From the IMG/VR virus record IMGVR_UViG_3300044736_000016, positions 45,769-109,768 of that record: 64,000 nt of DNA. One strand, written 5' to 3'. Both the position numbers and the translations under genes were made by a program. Shown piece after piece: positions 19,044 through 30,300 of this stretch; positions within the stretch are counted from its first letter, which is position 1, and each line of letters opens with the position of its first letter. The notes under the pieces are model-generated. The model saw only the letters and a list, made by a program, of their open reading frames with translations. It was not told where the DNA came from and searched no databases. The DNA comes from a virus.

Positions 19044-20036
19044 ATGCAGCCGAGCCCGAACAGCGTCTACGTCGACCCGCTGCTGAGCGACATGGCCGTT
19101 GCGTTCATGCAGGACGCGACATCATTCATCAGCGATCAGGTCTTCCCGACCGTCCCAGTACAGTACCAGACGGGCAAGTACGACTACTACGACCGCGGCG
19201 CGTGGTACAGCATCCGTGCCAAGCCGCGCGCTCCCGGAGAGGAATCGGCGGGCGGTGGGTACACCCTGCAGCAGAAGACCTACGCGGTCATCCCCTACGC
19301 GGTGCACTCCGACCTCGACGCGCAGACTGCGGCAAACGCCATGCCGCCCGAGGATCCGCGACGGAACAAGACCCGCTGGTGCACCATGCAGTTGCTCCTG
19401 CTCAAGGAGAAGCTCTGGGCCGACGGGTTTTTCAAGGCTGGCGTGTGGACCACCGACATGACCGGCGTGACCGGAACGTCGCCTACCTCCGTGCAGTTCA
19501 CGCAGTGGAGCAACCACACGTCCAGCACTCCGATCGAGGATGTCGAGGCTCAGGTCACGGCCATGGAGCAGTTGACGGGGTTCAGCCCGAACACCCTGGT
19601 CATCGGGCGGTCGACGTGGGCGGGGCTTAAGAACCACCCGCAGCTCGTCGATAGGATCAAGTACACGCAGCGCGGCATCATGACCGAGGATCTGCTCGCC
19701 GCGGTCCTAGGACTGGACAAGGTTCTCGTCTCACGGGCGACCATCGACACCGCTCCCGAGAGCGGCGCGTCGCCGCCCACGGGTGACGTGTACTCGTTTT
19801 TGATGGGCAAGGGTGCGCTGCTCTGCTACTCCGCACCCTCGCCGTCCACCGAGATGCCGAGCGCTGGCTACCACTTTACCTGGACCGGGTATTTGGGTGC
19901 GAGTGCGAACGGCAGCGTGGTGTACGAGATCCCCGCGCCGCTCCGCAAGTCCGTTCGCATCGAGGGCGAGCTGGCCACGTCGCCGACCATCGTGGCCCCC
20001 GACCTCGGTACCTTCTTCGCCTCTGCGGTCGCGTAA
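19044..20036 (+). CDS. Major capsid protein
   Basis: VDP.LS..A, FP.VPV, RAPG, PN.LVIG..W..LKNHP, PSAGY.F, D.G.FF. Confidence 0.9.
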   Translation: MQPSPNSVYVDPLLSDMAVAFMQDATSFISDQVFPTVPVQYQTGKYDYYDRGAWYSIRAKPRAPGEESAGGGYTLQQKTYAVIPYAVHSDLDAQTAANAMPPEDPRRNKTRWCTMQLLLLKEKLWADGFFKAGVWTTDMTGVTGTSPTSVQFTQWSNHTSSTPIEDVEAQVTAMEQLTGFSPNTLVIGRSTWAGLKNHPQLVDRIKYTQRGIMTEDLLAAVLGLDKVLVSRATIDTAPESGASPPTGDVYSFLMGKGALLCYSAPSPSTEMPSAGYHFTWTGYLGASANGSVVYEIPAPLRKSVRIEGELATSPTIVAPDLGTFFASAVA

Positions 20037-20293
20037 CAGTGCAGTACATCGTTAAGCGGCGCATCTCTGGGCTGTCTCACGCCGTGGGTGACGTGCTCAG
20101 CGATGCCGACGTCGGTGGGTGGAGCACATTGAAGTCGCTCGTCAACCTCGGCTGGCTGGAGGCGGTGCAGACCTGTCCGCGGTGTGCATGGCCGTCTTCC
20201 GAGGCACCACCTGATCCGCCTGCACACACACCGACGCCCCGCAAGATTCCGGCGAAACTGGACATCGACCTCAGCCCGGTCGGGAGGCGGTAG

Positions 20294-20467
20294 ATGGCCG
20301 CAGGGTTGCAGATCACCGTAGGGCCGTCGGTCGTCAAGGTGACGGTCGACAGCGTCAAGTACACGCTGTCTGCTGGTTCCCCTGGGTACGTGCCACTCGA
20401 GCACCGCCAAGGTGCGGTCGACGCCGCTGCGGTCAAGGGAATCACGCTGACGGCAGCCGTGATCTGA
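20294..20467 (+). CDS. Small hypothetical (possibly virion) protein
   Basis: Read manually: GGAGG RBS, 57 aa, beta-rich. Confidence 0.45.
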   Translation: MAAGLQITVGPSVVKVTVDSVKYTLSAGSPGYVPLEHRQGAVDAAAVKGITLTAAVI

Positions 20468-20614
20468 TGGCCATGTGATGTGCAGCCTCACCATCACCGC
20501 TGTGGCCGTCACCGTCTGCGTCGTGCTGGCGGTGTTCCGCGGTCCACGCTGGCTTCTCGTCGGAGCCGTCGTCGGAGTAGGCGGCTACACGATCAGCAGG
20601 AGAACCCGCGTTCC

Positions 20615-20770
20615 GTGATCCCGCTCCTCCTCGTTCTGCTGCTCATCGTCGTGCTGTTCGGCGCGGGGTCGTTGTTGAACCTGCTGTACTGGGTGGCGAT
20701 CATCGCGCTTGCGGTGTGGCTGGTCGGCTTCGCCATGCACGGCCCTGATGGTCGGTGGTACCGCTGGTGA
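20615..20770 (+). CDS. Small hydrophobic membrane protein (actinobacterial 'hydrophobic protein' type)
   Basis: IPLLLVLLL..LFGAG......W...GF....RWYRW. Confidence 0.65.
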   Translation: MIPLLLVLLLIVVLFGAGSLLNLLYWVAIIALAVWLVGFAMHGPDGRWYRW

Positions 20771-20969
20771 ACGCAACCGCACACTTCTGCAAGCGTTGCA
20801 ACGTTGTGCACTTCGCGGCGCAGTGCCCACGGGATCTGTGGGATGCCGACGAGGCTGAGCGTAGAGACGTCGCCGTCGCTCGCTCCACCTTCTCGCGGTG
20901 GGCGTCGGGATACGTCGCCAGTCTGTCCGGTCTCAGGGACGCAGGCGTGAAATTGGGGAAGGAACAGCC

Positions 20970-21380
20970 GTGAACGTCGAAGTCGGCAAGAAGCTGCGCC
21001 TGCGGGAGCACGTCGGATACATGCCAGAGATCAACCCGCACCACGACTATGAGAAGTATCTCGACCGGCACTATCCGCTGTTCGCCGGGCAAGAGGCCGA
21101 GGTGGTGGGACTGAGCCCCGCAGGCGAGCATGGCGCCGGGCCGCACGACCAGGACACCGTGGTGCTGCGTTTGGAGCACCGGCAACTCGTCGTGACACCG
21201 CCAACTCCGGCCGCAACTGCGCACGCAGCCGGACCGCCCGGACCGCTGCCCGAGGAGCATCAGGTGTTCCACCCGACCGACCCTGACCATGAGCCCACAG
21301 ATCCGCCGACGGTGCGTCACTGGTCGTGCACGCTGGAGCAGCTTGACGAACTGTTCGAGCCCATCGACGGGGAGGGCTAG
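20970..21380 (+). CDS. Hypothetical protein
   Basis: RBS plus GTGA-coupled start. Confidence 0.55.
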   Translation: MNVEVGKKLRLREHVGYMPEINPHHDYEKYLDRHYPLFAGQEAEVVGLSPAGEHGAGPHDQDTVVLRLEHRQLVVTPPTPAATAHAAGPPGPLPEEHQVFHPTDPDHEPTDPPTVRHWSCTLEQLDELFEPIDGEG

Positions 21381-21383
21381 GTC

Positions 21384-22064
21384 ATCGCTGGGGAATTTTC
21401 GCGCAACTCTAACTACCGCGGGCTCAATACTGCGCTGAGCATCGGCGGACCGTCTGGCGCCAACCTTGGCGATATCGTGGCGACCGTCACCACTGGCATC
21501 ACCGCCGGCACGACAGCCACCACGTCGATCGTCTGCTCGGGCGGTCTGTCACGCGCGCTCCCATCCGGTACGGTCATCATCTGCACGTCAACCACCGGCA
21601 CGAACACCGAGGCGTACATACTCAACGGCGCGCATGCCGCCGCGGTGACCACGCTGACCGTCACCTCGCAGACCGCCAACCGTGCACGCGTGAGCGGCGA
21701 TCTGGTGTGGGTCTTGCAGGTGCCGCAGCCATACCTAGCGCTCATCACCAACGCTACGGCGCCGCTGGACAACGTGCTCGGCTCCGAGTACACCGCGACC
21801 GGCTATGCACGCCAGCCGGTGACGTGGACGGCTCCGACCGCCGCCGACCCACCTGTGACCACGAACTCTGCGCTGATTACGTGGGGACCGATGACTGCAG
21901 GAACCGGCGCGGTGCTTGCCAGTCTCTCGCTGATGGAACTGCTCTCCGCGGGGACGGCAGCAAACCAGATGGCATGGTGGACGTTGGCCGCTACAAAAAC
22001 ACCTGGCACGGGAGACAGCGTGACCTCGGCGGCCACGACTGGCATTACGATGTCGCTCCTGTAG
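21384..22064 (+). CDS. Phage fibre/appendage base protein (possible ATC start)
   Basis: YLAL...E....GYARQ.V.W...N...ITW motif; frame open upstream of GTG 21477 to an RBS-preceded ATC. Confidence 0.65.
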   Translation: MAGEFSRNSNYRGLNTALSIGGPSGANLGDIVATVTTGITAGTTATTSIVCSGGLSRALPSGTVIICTSTTGTNTEAYILNGAHAAAVTTLTVTSQTANRARVSGDLVWVLQVPQPYLALITNATAPLDNVLGSEYTATGYARQPVTWTAPTAADPPVTTNSALITWGPMTAGTGAVLASLSLMELLSAGTAANQMAWWTLAATKTPGTGDSVTSAATTGITMSLL

Positions 22065-22313
22065 TGGCTAGACGTGGCGAGAACATGCGGACGGTTGCCA
22101 TGGACGTGATCGACGACGACGAGGCGGTGCAGACGATTATCGCGCTCGCAGACATGCTGAACGAAGGCTCGCATGTCGTCCTGCTGAGACGGCCCGACCT
22201 CCCTGCCGACGTGTGGAACGCCGTATCTCCGGTGCTCATGGCGAGGGCGAGTGCGGCGCTGCATGGCGCTCCGGTTGAGGCGCCTGCTCCCGAGTAACCC
22301 GGAGGGCTGACCC

Positions 22314-25271
22314 GTGGCGGCCCCAGTCCTCGTTCAGCACGTCGGCGGCACGGCGGTCAGCGGCACGTCGGCGATCTACACGGTCTCGGCCACGGGTGCT
22401 GCCGCCGGCACGGGGCTCGCCATCGTCATCGGCTGGCGCATCACCGCCGCCGCCAGCCAGACCATCACCTCGATCACGGACAACAAAGGCAACACGTGGG
22501 CGGTAGAGGACCGCGACAACGACGCGACGTCCACGCAGAAGGCCGATATCTGGTCGGTCAACCCCAGCGCCTACATCAGCGGCGTCACGACCATCACGGT
22601 CAACTTCAGTATCGCTGCCAGCTCGAACTTCGACTTCTACGAACTCTCCGGCGGCGACATGGGCGGCGCGTGGGCCGATACGGGCGGCGCCAACCACGCC
22701 AGTAGTACGGCACCCACGGTCACCTCTGGAACGCTCGCGGGTGCTACGGAATACGCCGTCGCAGGCATCGCATGGGCGTCGAGCGCCAACACCATCTCAG
22801 GTCTCACCGCCGGCTGGACGACGGAGACGCTACAGACCACGGCAGGCGCGCCGAACCAGCGACTCCAGTCCGCGCACCAGACCACGGCCGCCACCACAGC
22901 GCTGACCTACGCGGGAACGCTCTCGGCATCCACGCGCTGGGCTGCCGTCGTCTGTCCGTTCAAAGGCAGTTCTGGCTCGGCGCTTCCCGTGACCGCAACT
23001 GGGTCGTCGGCCGCATCCGGTTCGGCAGCGGCGGTCCTCGTTATGCCGGTGGCGGGAACGGGAGTGTCCGCGAGTTCCGGGGCGGCAGCGCCCAATCTGC
23101 TGATGCCTGCGGCGGCGTCTGGCGCATCCGTGAGCAGCGGGAGCGCGGCGTCAGTCCTGACCATGCCCGTCAGCGCAAGCGGGTCAGCGACTTCTGCGGG
23201 GACCGCGACACCCACGGCCACCTACGTCGTCACGGCTGCGGGCGCGTCGGCTGCGTCGGGGAGCGCGACTGCACGTCTCACGATGCCGGTGTCAGCAAGC
23301 GGCGCGTCGGTGGTGAGCGGCACGGCTGCGATCACGTCCGGCCAGCCACCGGCCCAGGTGCAGAACGTCGTACGCGTCAGCACCGTCAACAACGAGACGA
23401 CGACGGGCAGCATCAGCGTCACGTCGACCAACGCCGGGAATCTGCTGCTCATCAGCGTGGTGTTCAACTCGCTCACCTCTGGCCAGAGCGTCACCGCGGT
23501 GTTCGACAACGCGGGCCAGACGTGGAACAACGTCGTTGACATCACGTCCGGCACGATGAGTTGCGGGATCTGGGCCGCGACGAACTGCCTCGCCGGGACG
23601 ACGACCGTACAGGTCAACTACTCCGCGGGAGTCGCCGATATCGTCCGGTTTCAGGAGGTCTCGGGAGTACTGGCGAGTTCTCCGCTCGACGTGGTGGCCA
23701 GCAACAACGGGACGAGCACAACGCCGAACACCGGCACGACGACAACCACTGCGCAGGGGTCGGAGTGGGTCGCAGCGGTCTACGGGTTCACGTACACCGG
23801 CAGTATCCCATCGGAGAGCGGGTTCCCGTCAGGGTTCATCGAGGACACGGTCCAGCACACAGCGTTCGGGGCCGGGACGCAACTTGCAGAGCGTCACGGG
23901 TACGAAGCTGCGTCCGCAACCGGCACGTTCAACTTCTCCTCCACGCTCAGCACGTCGTCGCCGTGGATCGGCAGCATCGCGACATTCAAGGGCGCGGCGG
24001 CTGGCGGGCCTCTACCTGTTACAGCGTCGGGGGCGTCCATCTCGAGCGGCGCGGCATCCGTCGTACTGACCCTGCCTGCGACGACAGTCGGCGCATCGTC
24101 TGCCGCAGGTACCGCTGCTGTCGGAGTGGTCGCAAGGATCTCCGCTGCGGGTTCGTCCACGGCCGCGGGATCGGCGAACGCAGCCATCGCCATGCCAGTC
24201 ACGGGCGTCGGGTCCGCGAACGCGAGCGGTGTTGCGTCGGCAGTGCTGGTCATGCCTGCGTCCACGGTTGGCGCCTCCACGGCGAGCGGAACTGCGACAG
24301 CTGTGGCAACTCTCGCAGCAAGTACGTCTGGTGGTGCGGTTAGCGTCGGGTCCGCCATCGCGGCGATCTCCACGCCAGTCTCGGGCGTGGGCACCTCGGT
24401 AGCATCCGGGGCGGCAACGATCCGCCTGTCCATGCTGGTGTCCGGTGTCGGGGCGTCATCAGCCAGCGGCAGCGCGTCCTTGGTCGTGCTCGAGGCGGTA
24501 TCAGCGGGCGGGGCGTCTGCAACAGCAGGGTCGGCATCGGTCGTCTTGCTTATGCCTATCTCCGCGGCAGGGGCGAGCGCTGCGGCGGGGTCGGCGCTGG
24601 TGTCGTCGGGATCTATCTCTGCCGGTGGCGCGGCCGTATCGTCGGGCTCTGCAGTGGTGGCGCTGCGGCTCGTGCTGGCCGCGCCTGGAGCCTCTACGGC
24701 GGCTGGGAGCGCCACCGTCGCGATGCTCATGCCTGCGTCCGCTGTGGGGGCGTCCTCTGCTGTAGGGACGGTGTCTGCGGGCCTCGCGCTGCCGGTGGTC
24801 GTGCTCGGCTCGGCGTCCGCGGCCGGTGCGGCCAGCGTGGTCGTACTGCTGGCTGTCTCGGGGGCAGGCGCAGCGGTGTCTGGCGGCACGGCCGCGGCCG
24901 TTCTACTCCTGCCGGTGACCGGCATGGGTTCGGCGGTCGCATCTGGCACGGCCACGGCCCGCACCGTGCTGGTGGTCTCCGCTGGTGGTGCGGCGACAGC
25001 GTTCGGGGTGGCCTCGGTCGTGCTGCCGCTGCCCCTGTCGAGCGTGGGCGCCTCGCTGGCCACCGGCGCCGTCGCACTCGCCATCCTGCTGCCGCTGAGT
25101 GCCGCTGGTACGTCTCAGGCGTCCGGTTCCGCGGCCGTGCTCATCCTCATGTCGGCCAGCGGCGCGTCGGTCAGTGTAGGCTCGGCGACCGTGGTTCTCA
25201 TCCTGCGCATCCCGTATCTGGTCGTCTACGGGACGGCTAGGACACCTGTGGCGGTCGGATCAGCGTCCTAA
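22314..25271 (+). CDS. Large virion appendage protein: two beta-rich domains plus 20-aa repeats
   Basis: Repeats such as MPVSASGASVVSGTAAxxLx; duplicated S(I/V)T...DN.G.TW domain. Confidence 0.7.
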   Translation: MAAPVLVQHVGGTAVSGTSAIYTVSATGAAAGTGLAIVIGWRITAAASQTITSITDNKGNTWAVEDRDNDATSTQKADIWSVNPSAYISGVTTITVNFSIAASSNFDFYELSGGDMGGAWADTGGANHASSTAPTVTSGTLAGATEYAVAGIAWASSANTISGLTAGWTTETLQTTAGAPNQRLQSAHQTTAATTALTYAGTLSASTRWAAVVCPFKGSSGSALPVTATGSSAASGSAAAVLVMPVAGTGVSASSGAAAPNLLMPAAASGASVSSGSAASVLTMPVSASGSATSAGTATPTATYVVTAAGASAASGSATARLTMPVSASGASVVSGTAAITSGQPPAQVQNVVRVSTVNNETTTGSISVTSTNAGNLLLISVVFNSLTSGQSVTAVFDNAGQTWNNVVDITSGTMSCGIWAATNCLAGTTTVQVNYSAGVADIVRFQEVSGVLASSPLDVVASNNGTSTTPNTGTTTTTAQGSEWVAAVYGFTYTGSIPSESGFPSGFIEDTVQHTAFGAGTQLAERHGYEAASATGTFNFSSTLSTSSPWIGSIATFKGAAAGGPLPVTASGASISSGAASVVLTLPATTVGASSAAGTAAVGVVARISAAGSSTAAGSANAAIAMPVTGVGSANASGVASAVLVMPASTVGASTASGTATAVATLAASTSGGAVSVGSAIAAISTPVSGVGTSVASGAATIRLSMLVSGVGASSASGSASLVVLEAVSAGGASATAGSASVVLLMPISAAGASAAAGSALVSSGSISAGGAAVSSGSAVVALRLVLAAPGASTAAGSATVAMLMPASAVGASSAVGTVSAGLALPVVVLGSASAAGAASVVVLLAVSGAGAAVSGGTAAAVLLLPVTGMGSAVASGTATARTVLVVSAGGAATAFGVASVVLPLPLSSVGASLATGAVALAILLPLSAAGTSQASGSAAVLILMSASGASVSVGSATVVLILRIPYLVVYGTARTPVAVGSAS

Positions 25272-25293
25272 GTATCCAGCTGGCGACTCGAGA

Positions 25294-26013
25294 TCAGGCT
25301 GCCTCTAGCGGGAGGACGCCTTGCGCCAGCCTGCGCGCGGTCACCTCACACCAGCGCTCCTCTAGTTCGACGCCGATCGCTCTACGCCCGAGGTTCTTGG
25401 CTGCCACCAGCGTGCTCCCGCTACCAGCAAATGGGTCTAACACAATCTCTCCGGGATCGGATAGACAAGACACGATGCGTTGCATGAGCGAGACAGGCTT
25501 GGCGCTCTCATGCTCATGGCGAGCATATGAACCGCTCTCCTCGTGGACATACCACACTGATCCGGGGGCAGAACCTAACGGGTGTCGCTTGTGGTTGCGG
25601 CTCGGCTTGCTGGCTGGTGCATACGGAACCCGAACGCGATCCACCTTGGGGGCTGCGCGGGGCGGCAGATAGTGGATCGTGAACAACTCATGGCTACGAC
25701 CGAACCGCTCGCCAGCCGTCCCCAAGGTGCCACGCGACCACACCATCTCTTGCTCTAGTTCCAGCCCCGCCGCCTCAAGCGCTGCGACTACGGGAGCGAG
25801 CGTGCGCAAGAGGCCGAAAGCCACACAGAACCCACTCGGTTTCAGGAGTGGAGCTGCCAAGGCTTCCCAAGATACAGGGTTATCCCACCGCGCTATGCCG
25901 ATGCCGTAAGGCGGGTCAGTGATTATCGCGTCTATCTCGTGCAGCGTCGGTAACACCTCGCGGCAGTCGCCGTGATAGAGCGTTACGCTTCCGTCTTGGT
26001 AGTAAGGCTGCAC
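25294..26013 (-). CDS. DNA N6-adenine/N4-cytosine methyltransferase (beta class)
   Basis: TDPPY precedes LDPFAGSG; H...KP..LM. Confidence 0.92.
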   Translation of the reverse strand: MQPYYQDGSVTLYHGDCREVLPTLHEIDAIITDPPYGIGIARWDNPVSWEALAAPLLKPSGFCVAFGLLRTLAPVVAALEAAGLELEQEMVWSRGTLGTAGERFGRSHELFTIHYLPPRAAPKVDRVRVPYAPASKPSRNHKRHPLGSAPGSVWYVHEESGSYARHEHESAKPVSLMQRIVSCLSDPGEIVLDPFAGSGSTLVAAKNLGRRAIGVELEERWCEVTARRLAQGVLPLEAA

Positions 26014-26039
26014 AATCGCAGTCTAGCCTAACCACGGCA

Positions 26040-26071
26040 CGGGCAACCACCCGCACGCCGTGATCCTGCGC
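26040..26071 (+). promoter_or_regulatory. Putative late promoter motif (second copy)
   Basis: CGGGCAA-N15-GATCCTGCGC before GTG 26075. Confidence 0.5.
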
Positions 26072-26074
26072 TGA

Positions 26075-26419
26075 GTGAGTCGACTCAAGCTGAACAACGT
26101 TGGCGGGACCACGGGCGCGGCGCTCGGTTCTTCGTCGTCGGGCACGTCGCAGGCGATCACTGGACTCTTCGCGGTCGCCCCTGCCTTCGCCACCATCGTC
26201 GCACCTGACTACTACGTGGTCATCTTCGAGCCGAACACGGCGAACGAGGAGATCGCGTATCTGACCGTCTACACGTCGGGCGCGCTCGACGGAACCATCA
26301 CCCGTGGGCAAGAGGGGACGGGGGCACCCGCACACACATCGGGGGTCTCATGGACACACGGACCGACCGCGCAGGACTTCGCTCCGACGTACAAGCCCGC
26401 GGCGTTTTTCCTTTCGTGA
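26075..26419 (+). CDS. Small virion fibre-associated protein
   Basis: EI...T......TITRGQEGT.A..H..G motif typical of fibre N-domains. Confidence 0.65.
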   Translation: MSRLKLNNVGGTTGAALGSSSSGTSQAITGLFAVAPAFATIVAPDYYVVIFEPNTANEEIAYLTVYTSGALDGTITRGQEGTGAPAHTSGVSWTHGPTAQDFAPTYKPAAFFLS

Positions 26420-27138
26420 TGGCCCTATCCCGCCTGCTTCTACTGCTCGGGCTGGTCACGCTGATCGGTGGTTGTGGTTCAGGTACGTTCGCCGCAGGGA
26501 TCGCGCCTGCGTACACGGGGCACATCGTCGCTCTCGGCGACAGCCTGACGTACGGCCACGGTAACGGCGCCAACGACCAGTGGTTCGGTCCACCACAGCC
26601 GCACTCCTACCCGTGGGACATGGAAGCCGACCTTGGTATGCCCGTGGTCAACGCCGGGATCACCGGGACAACGGCGTACTCAGTCCTGCATCAGGAGACG
26701 CTGCCCTGCTGCCCACGGCCGGCAGAATATCAGCTACCCGCCCTGCTCGCTCAGCATCCGCGCCTGATCGTGGTCGGCTTCGGCACGAACGAGGCGAACT
26801 ACCGCCACCCGATCGCGCAGACGGTCGCTGACTTCCAACTCCTGCTCTACCAGATCGCGAACGCAGGCGTGCCCATCGTTCTGTTCGGCGTCCATGTCGA
26901 CTGCACCGTCCAGCCGTGCACCCCGCCCGGTCCGGGAGAGACGGCGCAGGTGTATACGACGGCGTGGGACCAGGCGCTGACCTCGCTCGCGGCGCAGTAT
27001 CACGCTGGGTTGGTGCTCGACATCCAGCATGGGTTCACCTCGGCCGACATGACGGACTGGATTCACTGCAACGCGCAGGGCTATCAGAAGATGGCGAACC
27101 AGATCGAACCGGCCGTGCGGTCGAAGTTGGGTATCTAG
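26419..27138 (+). CDS. SGNH/GDSL hydrolase, predicted lipoprotein
   Basis: GDSL, NAGITG, GTNE, DWIH blocks; LIGGC lipobox-like. Confidence 0.85.
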   Translation: MALSRLLLLLGLVTLIGGCGSGTFAAGIAPAYTGHIVALGDSLTYGHGNGANDQWFGPPQPHSYPWDMEADLGMPVVNAGITGTTAYSVLHQETLPCCPRPAEYQLPALLAQHPRLIVVGFGTNEANYRHPIAQTVADFQLLLYQIANAGVPIVLFGVHVDCTVQPCTPPGPGETAQVYTTAWDQALTSLAAQYHAGLVLDIQHGFTSADMTDWIHCNAQGYQKMANQIEPAVRSKLGI

Positions 27139-27329
27139 TTGGTGATCTGGAGCGACGCCGTGCACTGGCCATGGCGTACCGGGACGAGCGTCCATCGGAC
27201 CATCTACGGCTGCCCGCCCGGATCAACTCACCGCGCTGGCGAAGTTCTGATCGGCATGATGGACACTCCAGACCTCGCCCGCGAGGCTGTCGACGCTCAT
27301 AACGAACGTCTCGCCTCGGGCAGGCTGCC

Positions 27330-30300
27330 GTGATCACTCTCGCCGCTACCAACACAATTCAGGGTAGCGCGGGAACCACGACGGCGGTCACCTACACAAT
27401 CACCGGCATGACGCTGTCGAGCGCGCAGGCAGAGACGTACGCAGTCCTATCTCAGGGCCAGCTCGCCACATCCGCGGCAGCGATCTACACCGTGCCCGCG
27501 AGCACGTCGGCGCTCGTCAAGGAGATCCTGCTCGCCAACGTCACGGCCGCAGCCGTATCGGTCAAGCTCTACATCAACGGCACCACGGCGGCGAACCAGA
27601 TCACCTCGCTCAACATCCCTGCCAACGGCGAGGCGAAGTTCGATCACACGGGCTGGGCGGTGTACGACGGCAACGGTAGCCTGCAAGTCACGCCTGTCTA
27701 CATCACTGCGGCGGCGGGGTCGGTCCCGGAGGCGTCGGTCGCCAACCTCGGCATGGACCTGACCGTGCTGACCGCGGCCATCGCAGACAACGGCGTGGAT
27801 TCGGGCTGCGCCGTGACGTGGGTGTCAGGCCTGAACGTTGCCATCGCCACAGGCATCGTGCGCATCGGCGGTGGACGGTACAACATCGCAGCCGTCGCCT
27901 CGCAGGCGCTGAACACCGCCGACCCGAACTACGCGCGCTGGGACATGATCACCGCGAACACCTCGTCCGCCGTGGTCTACACAGCAGGCACCGCTGCGGC
28001 GTATCCGGTGGTCCCGGCCATCCCCGCGAACTCCGTCGTGCTGGCGATCATCCCCGTCTACGCTGGCAACAACCCGGCGCTGTCGGGCGCAGCCATCGTG
28101 GACAAGCGCATCATTCTGCCGACCACGAACCTGAACCTGCCGCCAGTGTTCGACCCGAGCGGTGGTTTGAAGACGTGGCGTGCCGCGGTGGCGAACAAGG
28201 AAAACAAGCCCGCGGACATCCTGTTCATCGGCGACAGCATCCACGAGGGCTACTACAGCAGCGACGATGCGCACCGGTACGCCTCGCTCGTCAGACGCAG
28301 GCTACAGAACTACTACAACCCGACGCACATTCCCGGAGGCGAGGGCTTCATACCCGGCACGCATGTGCAGGGTTCCGGCGCAGGCAACGGGTACATCGCG
28401 CTCGCGCAGCGGTGGACGGTCGTCGGACCAAGCCTACCTCCGACCGATCTGGGTTACGGGTTGGGGCGGCGGTCTGTTCCGCTCACCGCCGCAACGCACA
28501 CTGCGACCATCGGCGGACTGCTCGCGGACCGGTTCTGGATCTACTACACGGCCACCACGACGTCAGGCTGGATCGGCATCGCTATCGACGGCAAGCTGAC
28601 CACGGTGGCAACGCAGGGCGTTCTGTCCGGCACCGGCACGGGCACGTTCACGACGACGCTCGCGACAGGATGGCCGGGTGGCACGTTCACACTCACGGTG
28701 GACGACGAGGACATGACCGTCACGGCGAACGGCGCCACCATCACGATCACGGCACGAGGAGCGAACGCCACCACCGCAGTCACGCATGCCGTGGGCGCGA
28801 CTGCGCAGTGGGCTCCTGCGGGCGTGAAGCGCGCCAACACCCTCGGCGCCGCGATCAAGGGCGGTCGCATGTGGGATTCAGGCGCGCTGACCCGCGGTAT
28901 CCACTCAGTGACCGTCGTGCCGATCAACCGTGCCGGTGGCGGGTCGACCTACAACGTCAACCTCGACGGCGTCATGGTGTTCGACGGCGACGGTGGGCCG
29001 GGACCGGGCACGTTCACTGACGGCGTGCTCGTCGGCACGACCACCACAGGCGTCCAGACGCTCCCCATATCGACCATCAACGTCACATCCACGACGAACT
29101 TCCCTGCGTCCGGCCAGGTGAACATCGTGACCTCGTCGGGCGCGCAGACCGTCACCTACGCGGGCGTCACCGCCAACACGCTGACCGGATGCTCGAACGG
29201 CGTCGGCAACACCTCGGCTGGCGGGGCCGTCACATCCCAGACATTCCAGAGCGCCACGGCAGCCTTCACCGCGGCCGACGTCGGGCAGTACATCTACGCG
29301 GTCGGCATCCCCGTGCACACGACGATCACCGCCGTTGTGAGCGCGACGCAGATCACGCTGTTGCAGCCAGGGACTGCCACCAGCTCGGGAATCACCTTCG
29401 AGATCAACGGCAGATCCGCAGGAGTGCGCATGTGGGATGGCGCGCACTCGACCATGACATCTGCGGGCATGGCTGGTCCGGCGGGGGCGATCAACGGTTG
29501 GTGGGCTGACGCGCTCGACACCGTGGACCCTGACCTTGTGGTGATCGAGTTCGGCATCGTGGACTTGATTTTGTCCGTGACGGGTGCGACCTACTACGCG
29601 AACCTCACGTCGATGGTCAGCCTCATCAAGTCGAAGTGCCCCGGCAACCCGTCCATCTGCTTCTTCGTCGCGTGGCAGCCCGGAGATTACACGGCAGCGC
29701 AGTGGGGCGTGTTTACCAACGCGATGTACCTCGTCGCCCAGCAGCAGGGCTGCGCGGTGTTCGACTTCTCGCTCAGGGTCTCTGCGGCAGCGGCATCAGG
29801 TGCCGGTGCGGTGATGTTCACCGACACCATCCACCCGAACGATGCTGGTGCGCAGGACATTGCGCTCGAGTTCACCAAGTACCTCGTCGGGCACGAACTC
29901 GTGCAGCCGATCAAGAGTCCGTGGTTCGGGGACGGTTCGGACGGCGCGGTGGTGTTCGACGGCACGACGACCATCCTCGGCATGGCCCCAGCGTCGAGCG
30001 TCTACACCCTGACGCGCGATCTGTTCCTGACCAACATGACCGTGAACAACGGCGTGACGATCAAGACGGCATCGTTCCGCATCTACGGTACCGGCACCTT
30101 GATGACGCCGATACAGGCTGTCGCGTCCACGGGGATCATCGACTGTTCTGGCGGAAACGCAGCAGGACAGACTGCTGGGGCGGCAACCGCGAACCAGTCT
30201 CTGTCGGGTAGCGTCGGCGGCGGGGCTGGAGGCGCGATCGGTGGGGCGGGTGTGGCGGGTGGCACTCTCACCGCAGCGGGGACAGGACCGCTCATGGGAG

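Noticed and set aside
14527-26054. 15-bp inverted match (14527-14541 vs 26030-26044) and 12-bp match (15059 vs 26043) as invertible-segment sites
   Set aside because: Matches of this length are expected by chance in 64 kb of high-GC DNA and do not bound the counter-oriented block
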